NCBI GenBank assembly: GCA_964360785.1
Contig: CAYHXX010000001.1
Coordinates: 138,549-202,548, forward strand
DNA length: 64,000 nt
From: an uncultured Gammaproteobacteria bacterium
GTDB lineage: Bacteria; Patescibacteriota; Microgenomatia; Woykebacterales; RBG-16-39-9b
Reading direction: 5' to 3'
The notes beneath the pieces are model-generated. The model was not told the DNA's origin. It did not search any database and worked only from the letters and a program-made list of their open reading frames with translations. Below are positions 19,228 through 27,913 of this stretch, one piece after another (position 1 is the stretch's first letter; each line of letters begins with the position of its first letter). The position numbers and the translations under genes are program-made.

Positions 19228-20107
19228 TTTTCCCTCCTTTAGTTTTAAAATAAACTTGCTTAAGATTTTGAAGCACTGCTGTATCCTCGGCAACTTTTTT
19301 TGCCGCTGCACTTGCAGAAATTGGTAGTGAAAGACAAAATGTCGAACCTTTTCCCGGTTCACTTCTGTCCAACCAAAGTTTACCGCCGTGGTGCTCGATA
19401 AATTTCTTTGAGATATAAAGCCCAAGACCGCTTCCGGTGGACATTGTCGCTACAGTTGGGTCAGCTGGTTTGGTAAATTTTTTAAACAACTCTTCCTTTT
19501 TTTCCTCCGGCATTCCAGTACCAGTATCAGTAACGGAAATCACAACAAACTCACCTTCCCGTTTAAAACTGATTGTGATTGAGCCTTGTTCTGTAAATTT
19601 TAAGGCATTGGTAACTAAATTGATTAAAACCTGGGAAATTTTGTCCTGGTCACCTTGAACTTTTGGGATATCGGGACTGTCAACTACAACTATTCTAACA
19701 CCGTTTTGATCAGCAACTAGATTTAATGAGGCCTCGAGCAGATGCGCCACGTTTACAATATCAAGTTCGGGAAGTAGATTAAAATATATGACTCCAGCTT
19801 CAATTCTAGAAATATCAAGCAGTTCATTAACCATTCTAATTTGCCGTCCCACTACAACCATTACATCCTTTAGGTCATCTCTTACCTCATCGTTAATATC
19901 CCCATCATCACCAGCCAAAATCATGCTAATTGTTCCTTTGAGTATTGCCATAGGATTGCGTAATTCGTGGCTAGCAATTGAAATAAACTCATCTTTAGCT
20001 TTATCAAGTTGATGTAGCCGTAAGTTTGCATGCGTCAATTCACGGATCGCCTGGTTGTAGGCTTCGGGTGTTGGAGGAGCTGGATTTGAGTTAGGATTTT
20101 TTTCCAC
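19220..20107 (-). CDS. Cytoplasmic histidine kinase (HisKA + HATPase_c)
   Basis: H-box ISIASHELRNP; N, G1, G2 boxes; no TM segment. Directly upstream of the receiver and pilB. Confidence 0.8.
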   Translation of the reverse strand: MEKNPNSNPAPPTPEAYNQAIRELTHANLRLHQLDKAKDEFISIASHELRNPMAILKGTISMILAGDDGDINDEVRDDLKDVMVVVGRQIRMVNELLDISRIEAGVIYFNLLPELDIVNVAHLLEASLNLVADQNGVRIVVVDSPDIPKVQGDQDKISQVLINLVTNALKFTEQGSITISFKREGEFVVISVTDTGTGMPEEKKEELFKKFTKPADPTVATMSTGSGLGLYISKKFIEHHGGKLWLDRSEPGKGSTFCLSLPISASAAAKKVAEDTAVLQNLKQVYFKTKGGKNE

Positions 20108-20236
20108 AGTTATAGTTTTTCTTTACTCAAGTCTAGCCTAGAATTAAGCTTTAAGTCAAGAAATTTACGTTCAATAGATAGATTCAAGTGAATTACGTTT
20201 TATTCTGCCTAAATACTAGACATAGGTAATATACTA

Positions 20237-21136
20237 TTGATAGTGACAGCAATAGTAATCAGCACTAACAAATTAACAAAGTACTACGGTAAAAACCTCG
20301 GGATTGAAAATCTTAGCTTGAAGGTTAATGAAGGTGAAATATTTGGTTTTCTTGGTCCTAACGGCGCCGGCAAATCTACAACAATCAAATTACTCTTAAA
20401 TTTTATCAAACCGACTTCCGGAACTGCGAGTGTTTTCGGCATCAATCCAGAAACAAACGTGCTTGAAATAAATAAAAATATTGGCTACTTGCCTGGAGAG
20501 GTTCATATGTATGACCAACTCACTGGAGAGGGCCACCTGAAATTTCAGGCGGAATTGCACAACGATGTGGACTGGAAATATGTAGAAGGTTTGAAAAAAA
20601 GACTACAGGCAGAATTTAAAAAGCCAATAAAAGCTCTTTCACATGGGAATAAACAAAAGATTGCCCTGATCGGAGCCTTGATGAACCAGCCCAAGCTTTT
20701 GATATTGGACGAGCCTACTACCGGACTAGACCCACTGATCCAGCAAGAGTTTTACAAAATTCTTGACGAGGTAAACAAAGCTGGGACAACAATTTTCATC
20801 TCCTCCCACATACTCCCAGAAGTAGAAAGAGTTTGTGACCGGGTTGCAATAATTCGCGATGGCAAACTGGTGCTGACTGAAGAAATAAACACGCTGAAAA
20901 ACAAAGCCACTCGACCAGTAGAGGTATTTTTTGTAACCAAACCGATTAAAGAGGATTTTGACGAAATTCCAGAAATTTCAGATCTGTCAATTGAAGGTAA
21001 TATCCTGCGTTGTATCATCCAAGGTTCATACGATAAATTTCTGAAAGCTGTGGCAAAATACGAAGTTTCAAACTTAATCACTCAAGAACCAAACCTCGAA
21101 AAGATATTTTTGGATTATTACAAAGGAGATAAGTAA
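20237..21136 (+). CDS. ABC transporter ATP-binding protein
   Basis: Walker A GPNGAGKSTT, signature LSHGNKQK, Walker B LLILDEPT. Confidence 0.85.
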   Translation: MIVTAIVISTNKLTKYYGKNLGIENLSLKVNEGEIFGFLGPNGAGKSTTIKLLLNFIKPTSGTASVFGINPETNVLEINKNIGYLPGEVHMYDQLTGEGHLKFQAELHNDVDWKYVEGLKKRLQAEFKKPIKALSHGNKQKIALIGALMNQPKLLILDEPTTGLDPLIQQEFYKILDEVNKAGTTIFISSHILPEVERVCDRVAIIRDGKLVLTEEINTLKNKATRPVEVFFVTKPIKEDFDEIPEISDLSIEGNILRCIIQGSYDKFLKAVAKYEVSNLITQEPNLEKIFLDYYKGDK

Positions 21137-21937
21137 ATGCCAAAGATTTTAATCCAATCTCTCAAAATACAAAGAAAATCCTTTATTTTCTGGACAATTG
21201 GCCTACTGTTTTTGATAGCTCTTTACATGGTTCTTTATCCAAGTATCAAAGATAGCGCTGCGGAACTAAATGCCTATATGGACAAGATGCCTGAAGCTCT
21301 CAAATCGGCTTTCATCGAAGAAGGTCTAGACTACGCCAGTCCTCTTGGTTATGTCAGTAGCGAGATTTACACCCAAATGTTACCAATCTTGTTTCTTTTC
21401 TTTACGATAGCCTCTGGAAGTGCAGCTATTGCTGGGGAGGAGGAAAAAGGAACTCTGGACATTGTGCTTTCCACTCCAGTACGACGTAGTCGATTTTTAC
21501 TGGAAAAATTTGGAAGTTTGGTAATTAGCCTCGGGTATCTTTCTGTAGTAATTGTGTTAGCTATCTTTTTTGGTTCTAAGTTTGTTGATCTGAAAGTAAC
21601 ACTGTCACAGCTAGCCTCAGGAACATTTATGCTATTTTTACTCAGCTTAAACTTTGGTGCAATTGCTTTGTTTATCGGCAGTGTTACAGGTAACCGCGGT
21701 CTAGCGGTTGGTCTGACAACTGCTTTTGCAGTCCTATCTTTTTTTGTAAGTGCTTTTTCCTCACTTGTAAAAACTTTGGACAAGTTAAAAGACTTTTCAC
21801 CTTTTTATCACTACAGCAACACAAACGCATTAGTAAATGGCGTTGATTGGGCAAGTGCCTCACTCTTGATCTGGGTGACGCTTAGTTTGGTCGCACTGAG
21901 TATTGCTGCTTTTGCACGTCGCGATTTAAACGTCTAA
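21137..21937 (+). CDS. ABC-2 family transporter permease
   Basis: Six-TM protein immediately downstream of the ABC ATPase; translationally coupled. Confidence 0.6.
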   Translation: MPKILIQSLKIQRKSFIFWTIGLLFLIALYMVLYPSIKDSAAELNAYMDKMPEALKSAFIEEGLDYASPLGYVSSEIYTQMLPILFLFFTIASGSAAIAGEEEKGTLDIVLSTPVRRSRFLLEKFGSLVISLGYLSVVIVLAIFFGSKFVDLKVTLSQLASGTFMLFLLSLNFGAIALFIGSVTGNRGLAVGLTTAFAVLSFFVSAFSSLVKTLDKLKDFSPFYHYSNTNALVNGVDWASASLLIWVTLSLVALSIAAFARRDLNV

Positions 21938-21992
21938 TTAAATATAGGAAGACGTATAAATCGAAATTTATATCGGAATTAATTAAGAAATT

Positions 21993-22568
21993 ATGAAAAA
22001 AGTCTACATAATCCATGGTTGGGAGGGTTTTCCCGAAGAAGGCTGGTTCTCCTGGCTACGCAACAAACTAATTCAGGAAGGTTTCCAGGTCGTTGTTCCA
22101 GCGATGCCGGATTCGGACAAACCGACACTTGAGAAATGGCTTCCTTTTTTGAAAGATTTGGTAAAAGAGGTTGATTCAAACACATATTTTGTCGGTCATA
22201 GTTTGGGCTGCATAACAATTCTTCGCTTCCTAGGAAGCTTAAAAGAAGTACAAACTGTTGGTGGTGCTGTTCTAGTTGGTGGGTTTGGTCATAACCTCGA
22301 ATACGACGGCTATAAAGGTGAACTCGATAGCTTTTTCAAGGAGGAGGTTGCTTGGGAAAAGATCAGAAGGAACTGCAAAAAGTTCGTAGCGATTCACTCG
22401 GACAACGATCCTTTTGTTCCTCTCAAACACAACCAAATCTTTGTCGAAAAATTAGGGGCGGAATCTATAATCGAGCACAACAAGTTTCATTTCAGCGGCG
22501 ATGATGGGATCAACGAACTCCCAAGCGCTCTTGAAGCAATTTTACAGATTTCTAACCAAAAGATCTAA
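21993..22568 (+). CDS. Serine hydrolase (YdeN/RBBP9-like alpha/beta hydrolase)
   Basis: IHGWEG and nucleophile elbow GHSLG; ~190 aa. Confidence 0.55.
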   Translation: MKKVYIIHGWEGFPEEGWFSWLRNKLIQEGFQVVVPAMPDSDKPTLEKWLPFLKDLVKEVDSNTYFVGHSLGCITILRFLGSLKEVQTVGGAVLVGGFGHNLEYDGYKGELDSFFKEEVAWEKIRRNCKKFVAIHSDNDPFVPLKHNQIFVEKLGAESIIEHNKFHFSGDDGINELPSALEAILQISNQKI

Positions 22569-23742
22569 TCAAATTTACTACTTTTTCAACCTCAGTATCT
22601 GTCATACCCAAGTAATTTGGTAAATTCAGAGTTTGTGCTGCCACCTGCTCTGCCACCGGACAGCTCCCAGAGCGATATCCCAACCGAGCTAGATGAACTC
22701 CTTCTGGATAAACAACACTGTTGTACCAAGTACCAAGGGCCAGTTTTCTTTTCTTAGCTTCTTCCAAGATTAGAATGGCTTTTGGATGGAGACCGACGAC
22801 CCGCAAGTACACACCTTCATGTGGTCCAATCAGCTTTACTGTTGAACTTGCAAGTTTTTGAAAATATTTTTCGGCGATTTCTTTGCGTTTATTGTTATAA
22901 CTATCTATTTTTTCAAACTCCTGCAGAGCCAACTTGGCTAAGATATCCGGCATTTTACTTGGATACCAAGAAGGTTTTAAACCTGACAATTCTTTTTGGC
23001 TAGTGACGACGTTGATACTGTCGAATTGATAGAGATACCTTATAAAAATACCTCCCCATTTTTTGGGATGAATTCGGCGGAAAAGTAAGCGCCAGGAAAA
23101 ATAATTGGCAACCTCTTGTAGTACTTTTCTTTTGGGTAAATCCTTAAGATCATAGGTCAGCCTTTCAGCTTTTTCCTCTAACGCATGGTCGTTTACGATC
23201 AAAGCGCCTCCGGAGAGGCTGCTGATAACCTTTTCTCTACCAAAAGAAAGTATGGCCAGGTCGCCAAATGTTCCCAGAAGCTTACTGTCCACCTTTGCTC
23301 CCAAACTGTGAGCACAGTCTTCAATCACTTTGAGTTTGTACTGCTCAGCAATTTTAAGAATTTCCCGAATTCTGGCGGGGTTTCCGAAGGTGTGTTGAAC
23401 AATTATTGCTTTAGAATTTGCAGTAATTTTTGATTTTAAATCCTGCAAATCCATATTCAGTGTCTCTGCATCAATATCGACATAAACTGGAACGGCTCCA
23501 GACCAAAGAACTGGGTTCGGAACCGCATTGCAGGTGTAGGCCTGTATCAAAACTTCATCCCCATGACCAATACCTAAGGTTTTCAAAGCAAGGTAAATTG
23601 CACTACGGCCGGAGTTGACCACGAAAACTTTGGCATTGAAATATTGACCCAATTTTTCCTGAAGTGCGAGCACAGTATTACCAGAAACAAAGCTTTCTCT
23701 TTGCAGTAAACCTTTCAGTAATAGTTTTGGAGTTGTAGACAT
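22552..23742 (-). CDS. DegT/DnrJ/EryC1/StrS family PLP-dependent sugar aminotransferase
   Basis: 396 aa; conserved N-terminal block and AHSLGAK lysine region. Confidence 0.8.
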   Translation of the reverse strand: MSTTPKLLLKGLLQRESFVSGNTVLALQEKLGQYFNAKVFVVNSGRSAIYLALKTLGIGHGDEVLIQAYTCNAVPNPVLWSGAVPVYVDIDAETLNMDLQDLKSKITANSKAIIVQHTFGNPARIREILKIAEQYKLKVIEDCAHSLGAKVDSKLLGTFGDLAILSFGREKVISSLSGGALIVNDHALEEKAERLTYDLKDLPKRKVLQEVANYFSWRLLFRRIHPKKWGGIFIRYLYQFDSINVVTSQKELSGLKPSWYPSKMPDILAKLALQEFEKIDSYNNKRKEIAEKYFQKLASSTVKLIGPHEGVYLRVVGLHPKAILILEEAKKRKLALGTWYNSVVYPEGVHLARLGYRSGSCPVAEQVAAQTLNLPNYLGMTDTEVEKVVNLIRSFG

Positions 23743-23815
23743 AAAGATTTTGGTGGGCGAGGAGGGACAACTCGCTCATTCGCCTTCAGCGAAAGCCTAA
23801 CTCCCCTAATAAATT

Positions 23816-23901
23816 TGGTGCGGGCGGTGAGACTCGAACTCACAAGACCTTACGGCCAATGGATTTTAAGTCCATCGCGTATACCATTCCGCCACGCCCG
23901 C
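23816..23901 (-). tRNA. tRNA-Leu(TAA)
   Basis: GCGGGCGTGGCGGAATGGTATACGCGATGGACTTAAAATCCATTGGCCGTAAGGTCTTGTGAGTTCGAGTCTCACCGCCCGCACCA; long variable arm. Confidence 0.85.
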
Positions 23902-23973
23902 TAGGTGACTTGGAGATTATACAAAATGAAGGGGAATTCTGCTAGCCAGAAAGCTCACGACAATTGCAAAAGT

Positions 23974-24534
23974 TTAGTTTAAAAGCCTGCGGGAAAGACG
24001 ATAAAGAACCAATCCTACCAAAGCTAAACCAACGAAAACTAGGTTGTTTTCTGGTCCAGTACTTGGGAGGCTTGGGTTTGTGGTAGTAGTACCTTGGGTT
24101 GAACCGGATTCATCTCTAGCCTCTTGGGTCGTTGTGGTTTCATCTTTCTTCGGTGGGCTTCCAACTTTGATTTTTGTTTTTTGGGACTCATCTCCAGCGA
24201 GATAAAGTTCAGCTTCAGTATTTTCGGAAAGTGTGAGCTCTCTAGAAGAAGACTTCGCATCGACCTCAACAAGAGTAGTCTTGTCGCTTGATTTTTTGAT
24301 CGTTTGGTTTTTATCTGTATTGTTTTGAATTCGGAAAACTTCTTTATTATCGACACTATAGTTATTGAGGGCAAATTTGCCATCTTTATTGATTGTAACT
24401 ACTGCGACTGAGTTGTTTCCATTGGCAAGAAAACGGTAAATAAGAACACCAGCCCCAACAACCACAACCAAAAAGAGTAAGAGCCCAACAATTGAAATAG
24501 CGGTTTTTGCCATAGCGACAAGAATATAGCGCAA
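23974..24534 (-). CDS. LPXTG-anchored surface protein (sortase substrate)
   Basis: N-terminal signal/TM; C-terminal LPSTG, then a hydrophobic stretch and RRLLN tail. Confidence 0.6.
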   Translation of the reverse strand: MRYILVAMAKTAISIVGLLLFLVVVVGAGVLIYRFLANGNNSVAVVTINKDGKFALNNYSVDNKEVFRIQNNTDKNQTIKKSSDKTTLVEVDAKSSSRELTLSENTEAELYLAGDESQKTKIKVGSPPKKDETTTTQEARDESGSTQGTTTTNPSLPSTGPENNLVFVGLALVGLVLYRLSRRLLN

Positions 24535-24619
24535 CTTATAGTTGATTGCAAGTAGTTTATATTTTTGAGCTAGGTGGCTGTGAATCGTCCTACTATCAGA
24601 TACATTAACTTCACTCTTT

Positions 24620-24694
24620 TGGTCGGGGTGACAGGGCTTGAACCTGCGGCCTCACGCTCCCAAAGCGCGCGCTCTACCACTGAGCTACACCCCG
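24620..24694 (-). tRNA. tRNA-Pro(TGG)
   Basis: CGGGGTGTAGCTCAGTGGTAGAGCGCGCGCTTTGGGAGCGTGAGGCCGCAGGTTCAAGCCCTGTCACCCCGACCA. Confidence 0.8.
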
Positions 24695-24710
24695 AAGTTA
24701 AAGTCTTTAC

Positions 24711-24785
24711 TGGTGCCGGATCGCGGAATCGAACCACGCACGCCCTGCTCTTCAGGCAGGCGCTCTACCACTGAGCTAATCCGGC
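24711..24785 (-). tRNA. tRNA-Phe(GAA)
   Basis: GCCGGATTAGCTCAGTGGTAGAGCGCCTGCCTGAAGAGCAGGGCGTGCGTGGTTCGATTCCGCGATCCGGCACCA. Confidence 0.85.
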
Positions 24786-24839
24786 GGAATTAGTCAAAGA
24801 TGCTCTTGCAACTAGCCAATATTACTTGTTTAAGTTTCA

Positions 24840-24885
24840 TTGGTCAGTGGCAAGCTTTGCTTACGACTGAGCTAATCCGGCTTAA
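24840..24885 (-). pseudogene. Partial tRNA-Phe 5' fragment (pseudo-tRNA)
   Basis: ctgagctaatccggc is identical to 15 nt of the tRNA-Phe 5' end, followed by a non-tRNA sequence ending TGACCA. Confidence 0.55.
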
Positions 24886-24934
24886 ATTTACGTTTCGGAT
24901 TTTGATTTTAGCACAAGTAGGATTACAAGAGAAG

Positions 24935-25390
24935 TTAAACTGCAGTTTCAGTTTTTGTTGATCTATATTTTTTATCTAGAGCAAAACGCATTATAACCAT
25001 CGGAATACAAGATAATACGAAGACTCCCAAAAAAATTATTGCAGAAATACCTACTGTTTCTCCAACACCCACACTATCTGCGGCCCTATAAATCATTCTA
25101 CCAATAAGCCACACAATCAAAATAGAACTCCCACCCAAAACAGCCCCTACTTTAGACGTGGTCGGGTTGATAAGCGCCTCATTATTATTTTGGTAGTTCT
25201 CTTGTTTAAGTTTCTCTTCTGGGGTCTTTACCCTTGTAAACCCAAGAGTTTTCCACCTCCTAAAAGCTTGTTTGTATGTGTAGATAGTTAGCGAAATTGC
25301 TAAATAAATTGAGAATAAATAAATAATCGTAGGTTCAAATAAACCTAAAATTGTAAAGATTGTTGCACCCATCCAAAAAATATACCTCAT
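24935..25390 (-). CDS. Membrane protein, hypothetical
   Basis: 151 aa, four predicted TM helices. Confidence 0.35.
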   Translation of the reverse strand: MRYIFWMGATIFTILGLFEPTIIYLFSIYLAISLTIYTYKQAFRRWKTLGFTRVKTPEEKLKQENYQNNNEALINPTTSKVGAVLGGSSILIVWLIGRMIYRAADSVGVGETVGISAIIFLGVFVLSCIPMVIMRFALDKKYRSTKTETAV

Positions 25391-25464
25391 TTGGAAAGAG
25401 TAGCAAAAATTATGATAACTGGCAACAGTACATGGGGTGCTTGAGGGACAGAACCGTTTGCCTC

Positions 25465-25500
25465 GAAAAACGAACCCCTGACCTACTCAGTGTAGGAATG
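25465..25500 (-). pseudogene. Partial tRNA-Val fragment (T-arm to anticodon stem)
   Basis: cgaacccctgacctactcagtgtag against cgaacccctgacctactcggtgtaa in the intact gene (22 of 25 identical). Confidence 0.55.
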
Positions 25501-25522
25501 CTAAAGCATCCTGCGAAAATTC

Positions 25523-25599
25523 TGGTGGGCACCAAGGGACTCGAACCCCTGACCTACTCGGTGTAAACGAGTCGCTCTAACCAACTGAGCTAGGTGCCC
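25523..25599 (-). tRNA. tRNA-Val(TAC)
   Basis: GGGCACCTAGCTCAGTTGGTTAGAGCGACTCGTTTACACCGAGTAGGTCAGGGGTTCGAGTCCCTTGGTGCCCACCA. Confidence 0.85.
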
Positions 25600-25664
25600 A
25601 GAATTTTCTAAAACAAGACGCTCTACTTTTGTGCAAAGCACAAATGCATCATACTCCGACTGAA

Positions 25665-26069
25665 CTAAGAACCCAGAAAATATTTTTCTAAAGCTTTAAA
25701 GTACAAACCACCATCATCAAGTTTCTGATAATTTTCCTTATTTACCCATTCATAGTTTAAATGTTCATCGCTAATAGTAACTTCACCACCAGTAAATTCA
25801 CATTTGTATCCGACAAGGAAAATAGTTTTCCCTCCGTGCTTTCCACTAAGACAAACTCTGTGCCAGACAGCAAAAGGATCTCCAATTTTTATTTCCAGAC
25901 CTGTCTCTTCGTTTACTTCTCGTTTTAGACTTTCCTCAAAGTCCGTTTCACCTTCCTGAATTTTTCCGCCAGGAAAATCCAATCCATTATCAGCTTCCAT
26001 AACTAAGATCTTCCCATTATTGTTAATAAAAGCTTTTTGCCCAACATAAAAAAATTTGTCTTTAGCCAT
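25665..26069 (-). CDS. NUDIX hydrolase
   Basis: Nudix box GGKIQEGETDFEESLKREVNEETGL. The start was trimmed to MAKDKFF because the longer ORF runs into tRNA-Leu. Confidence 0.75.
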   Translation of the reverse strand: MAKDKFFYVGQKAFINNNGKILVMEADNGLDFPGGKIQEGETDFEESLKREVNEETGLEIKIGDPFAVWHRVCLSGKHGGKTIFLVGYKCEFTGGEVTISDEHLNYEWVNKENYQKLDDGGLYFKALEKYFLGS

Positions 26070-26075
26070 AATTTC

Positions 26076-26159
26076 TGGTGCGGATGAGAGGACTCGAACC
26101 TCCAACCCTTGCGGGACATGCACCTCAAGCATGCGCGTATACCATTCCGCCACATCCGC
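26076..26159 (-). tRNA. tRNA-Leu(GAG)
   Basis: GCGGATGTGGCGGAATGGTATACGCGCATGCTTGAGGTGCATGTCCCGCAAGGGTTGGAGGTTCGAGTCCTCTCATCCGCACCA. Confidence 0.8.
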
Positions 26160-26182
26160 AAAACCTCAGTATTCTAACATAT

Positions 26183-26269
26183 TGGTGCGGGCGAGAGGAG
26201 TCGAACCTCCACATCATTGCTGATACTGGAACCTGAATCCAGCGCGTCTACCATTCCGCCACGCCCGCA
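26183..26269 (-). tRNA. tRNA-Leu(CAG)
   Basis: GCGGGCGTGGCGGAATGGTAGACGCGCTGGATTCAGGTTCCAGTATCAGCAATGATGTGGAGGTTCGACTCCTCTCGCCCGCACCA. Confidence 0.8.
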
Positions 26270-26348
26270 AAGAATAGCTAGTATATCATTTTTGAAGCTA
26301 AATTACGACACTATTTACTTGACGGAACTTTTGAACTATATTTTCACT

Positions 26349-26753
26349 ATGAATCGTCCAATGGTAGCTGGTTTGATCATCAAAAACCACAAAATTCTTC
26401 TTGTTCACAACACCAAACACAATTCCTTCCGTATCGAGCCACCCGGCGGTAAAGTTGAAGAAAACGAATCTTTTCAAGCGGCGACAAACCGCGAGCTTGA
26501 GGAGGAGCTCGGAATAAAAGTTCATGTAGGTAAGCTATTCGGGACTTACCAAACAAACTCCCCCGAAGGGGACTTTAGTGTTAGCCTGTTTATTTGTGAA
26601 ATTGCTTCAGGAAATCCTCAACTTTCAGAACCAGAAATAATCAGCAACTTCGGATGGTATTCTTATGAACAGCTTCTTTCTTTGAGAAAGGAAGGGAACC
26701 TTGTCCCAAATATGGTCTCGGCTCTACCAAAACTCAAAAATATCCTAAACTAG
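26349..26753 (+). CDS. NUDIX hydrolase (second, divergent paralog)
   Basis: Nudix box GGKVEENESFQAATNRELEEELGI. The start was trimmed to MNRPMVAG because the annotated ORF start overlaps tRNA-Leu(CAG). Confidence 0.7.
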   Translation: MNRPMVAGLIIKNHKILLVHNTKHNSFRIEPPGGKVEENESFQAATNRELEEELGIKVHVGKLFGTYQTNSPEGDFSVSLFICEIASGNPQLSEPEIISNFGWYSYEQLLSLRKEGNLVPNMVSALPKLKNILN

Positions 26754-26781
26754 AGGAGACTTTTGTGTTAATATTTTACCA

Positions 26782-27909
26782 ATGGATTTTGGTAAACTCG
26801 CGCTCGCACAAGCAAAAAAACATCACGGAAAAATAGAAGTTGTTTCCAAAATAAAAGTTAATTCCCGTGAAGATCTCTCGACTGCTTATACCCCTGGAGT
26901 TGCACAGGTTTCTCTTGAAGTTTCCAAAAACAAAGCCAAGGCCTATGATCTGACCATCAAGGGTAACTCTGTGGCTGTTGTCTCCGACGGCACTGCTGTT
27001 CTTGGTTTGGGTGATATCGGTCCCGAAGGCGCAATGCCGGTGATGGAGGGGAAGGCCTTACTTTTCAAAGAATTTGCTGGTATTGATGCTTACCCAATCG
27101 TTCTTAACACCAAGGAGCCGGATGAAATTGTTGCAATAGTCAAGGCAATTTCCCCTGGTTTCGCTGGAATCAACCTCGAAGATATCTCCGCACCCCGCTG
27201 TTTTGAGGTTGAAGAACGACTCCAGGATATCGGTATTCCTGTTTTTCATGATGATCAGCATGGTACTGCGATTGTTCTCTTGGCGGCTTTGTTGAACAGT
27301 CTAAAGGTAGTTAAAAAACAAATGAAGGATATCAAAGTTGTAATTGCTGGCGCAGGAGCCGCTGGTATTGCCACTGCCAAAATCCTCAAACCAGGAAAAT
27401 TAGTACTAATTGACTCGAAAGGTCCTATCAACAAAAAAAGGACCGACCTTAACAAATACAAAAAACAAATTGCTGCTCTAGCCTACTATGAGAACTGCAA
27501 AGACCTGGACGAAGTTTTTAAAAATGCTGACGTTTTTATCGGTCTTTCTGGTAAAGGAAAGCTGACCGCTGCCCAGATATCCAAAATGAATAAAAAAGCC
27601 ATCGTTTTCGCTCTTTCCAATCCGACTCCGGAAATACTCCCGGAGGAGGCCAAAAAAGCTGGTGCCGCAGTTGTCGCCACTGGTCGTAGCGATTACCCAA
27701 ACCAAATTAACAACGTTTTGGCTTTCCCAGGAGTTTTTCGTGGGGCAATCGACAGGAAAGCACTGAGAATTACAGAAGCAATGAAACTCAAAGCCGCTGA
27801 GACTTTAGCTTCCTTCGTAAAACGCCCTACAAAAGATAAAATCTTACCTAGCCCACTCGAGAAACAAGTAGCTAAGAAAATATCCTCCGCCATTAAAAAT
27901 CTTAAATAA
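26782..27909 (+). CDS. NAD(P)-dependent malic enzyme (short form)
   Basis: Malic enzyme N-terminal block AYTPGVA...[12 protein letters not shown] and NAD-binding GAGAAG. Confidence 0.8.
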   Translation: MDFGKLALAQAKKHHGKIEVVSKIKVNSREDLSTAYTPGVAQVSLEVSKNKAKAYDLTIKGNSVAVVSDGTAVLGLGDIGPEGAMPVMEGKALLFKEFAGIDAYPIVLNTKEPDEIVAIVKAISPGFAGINLEDISAPRCFEVEERLQDIGIPVFHDDQHGTAIVLLAALLNSLKVVKKQMKDIKVVIAGAGAAGIATAKILKPGKLVLIDSKGPINKKRTDLNKYKKQIAALAYYENCKDLDEVFKNADVFIGLSGKGKLTAAQISKMNKKAIVFALSNPTPEILPEEAKKAGAAVVATGRSDYPNQINNVLAFPGVFRGAIDRKALRITEAMKLKAAETLASFVKRPTKDKILPSPLEKQVAKKISSAIKNLK

Positions 27910-27913
27910 ATTT

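Noticed and set aside
25665-26753. Full-length ORF-track versions of the two NUDIX genes (162 and 178 aa)
   Set aside because: Their N-terminal extensions overlap tRNA-Leu genes. They were trimmed to internal Met starts that give canonical ~134-aa NUDIX proteins.
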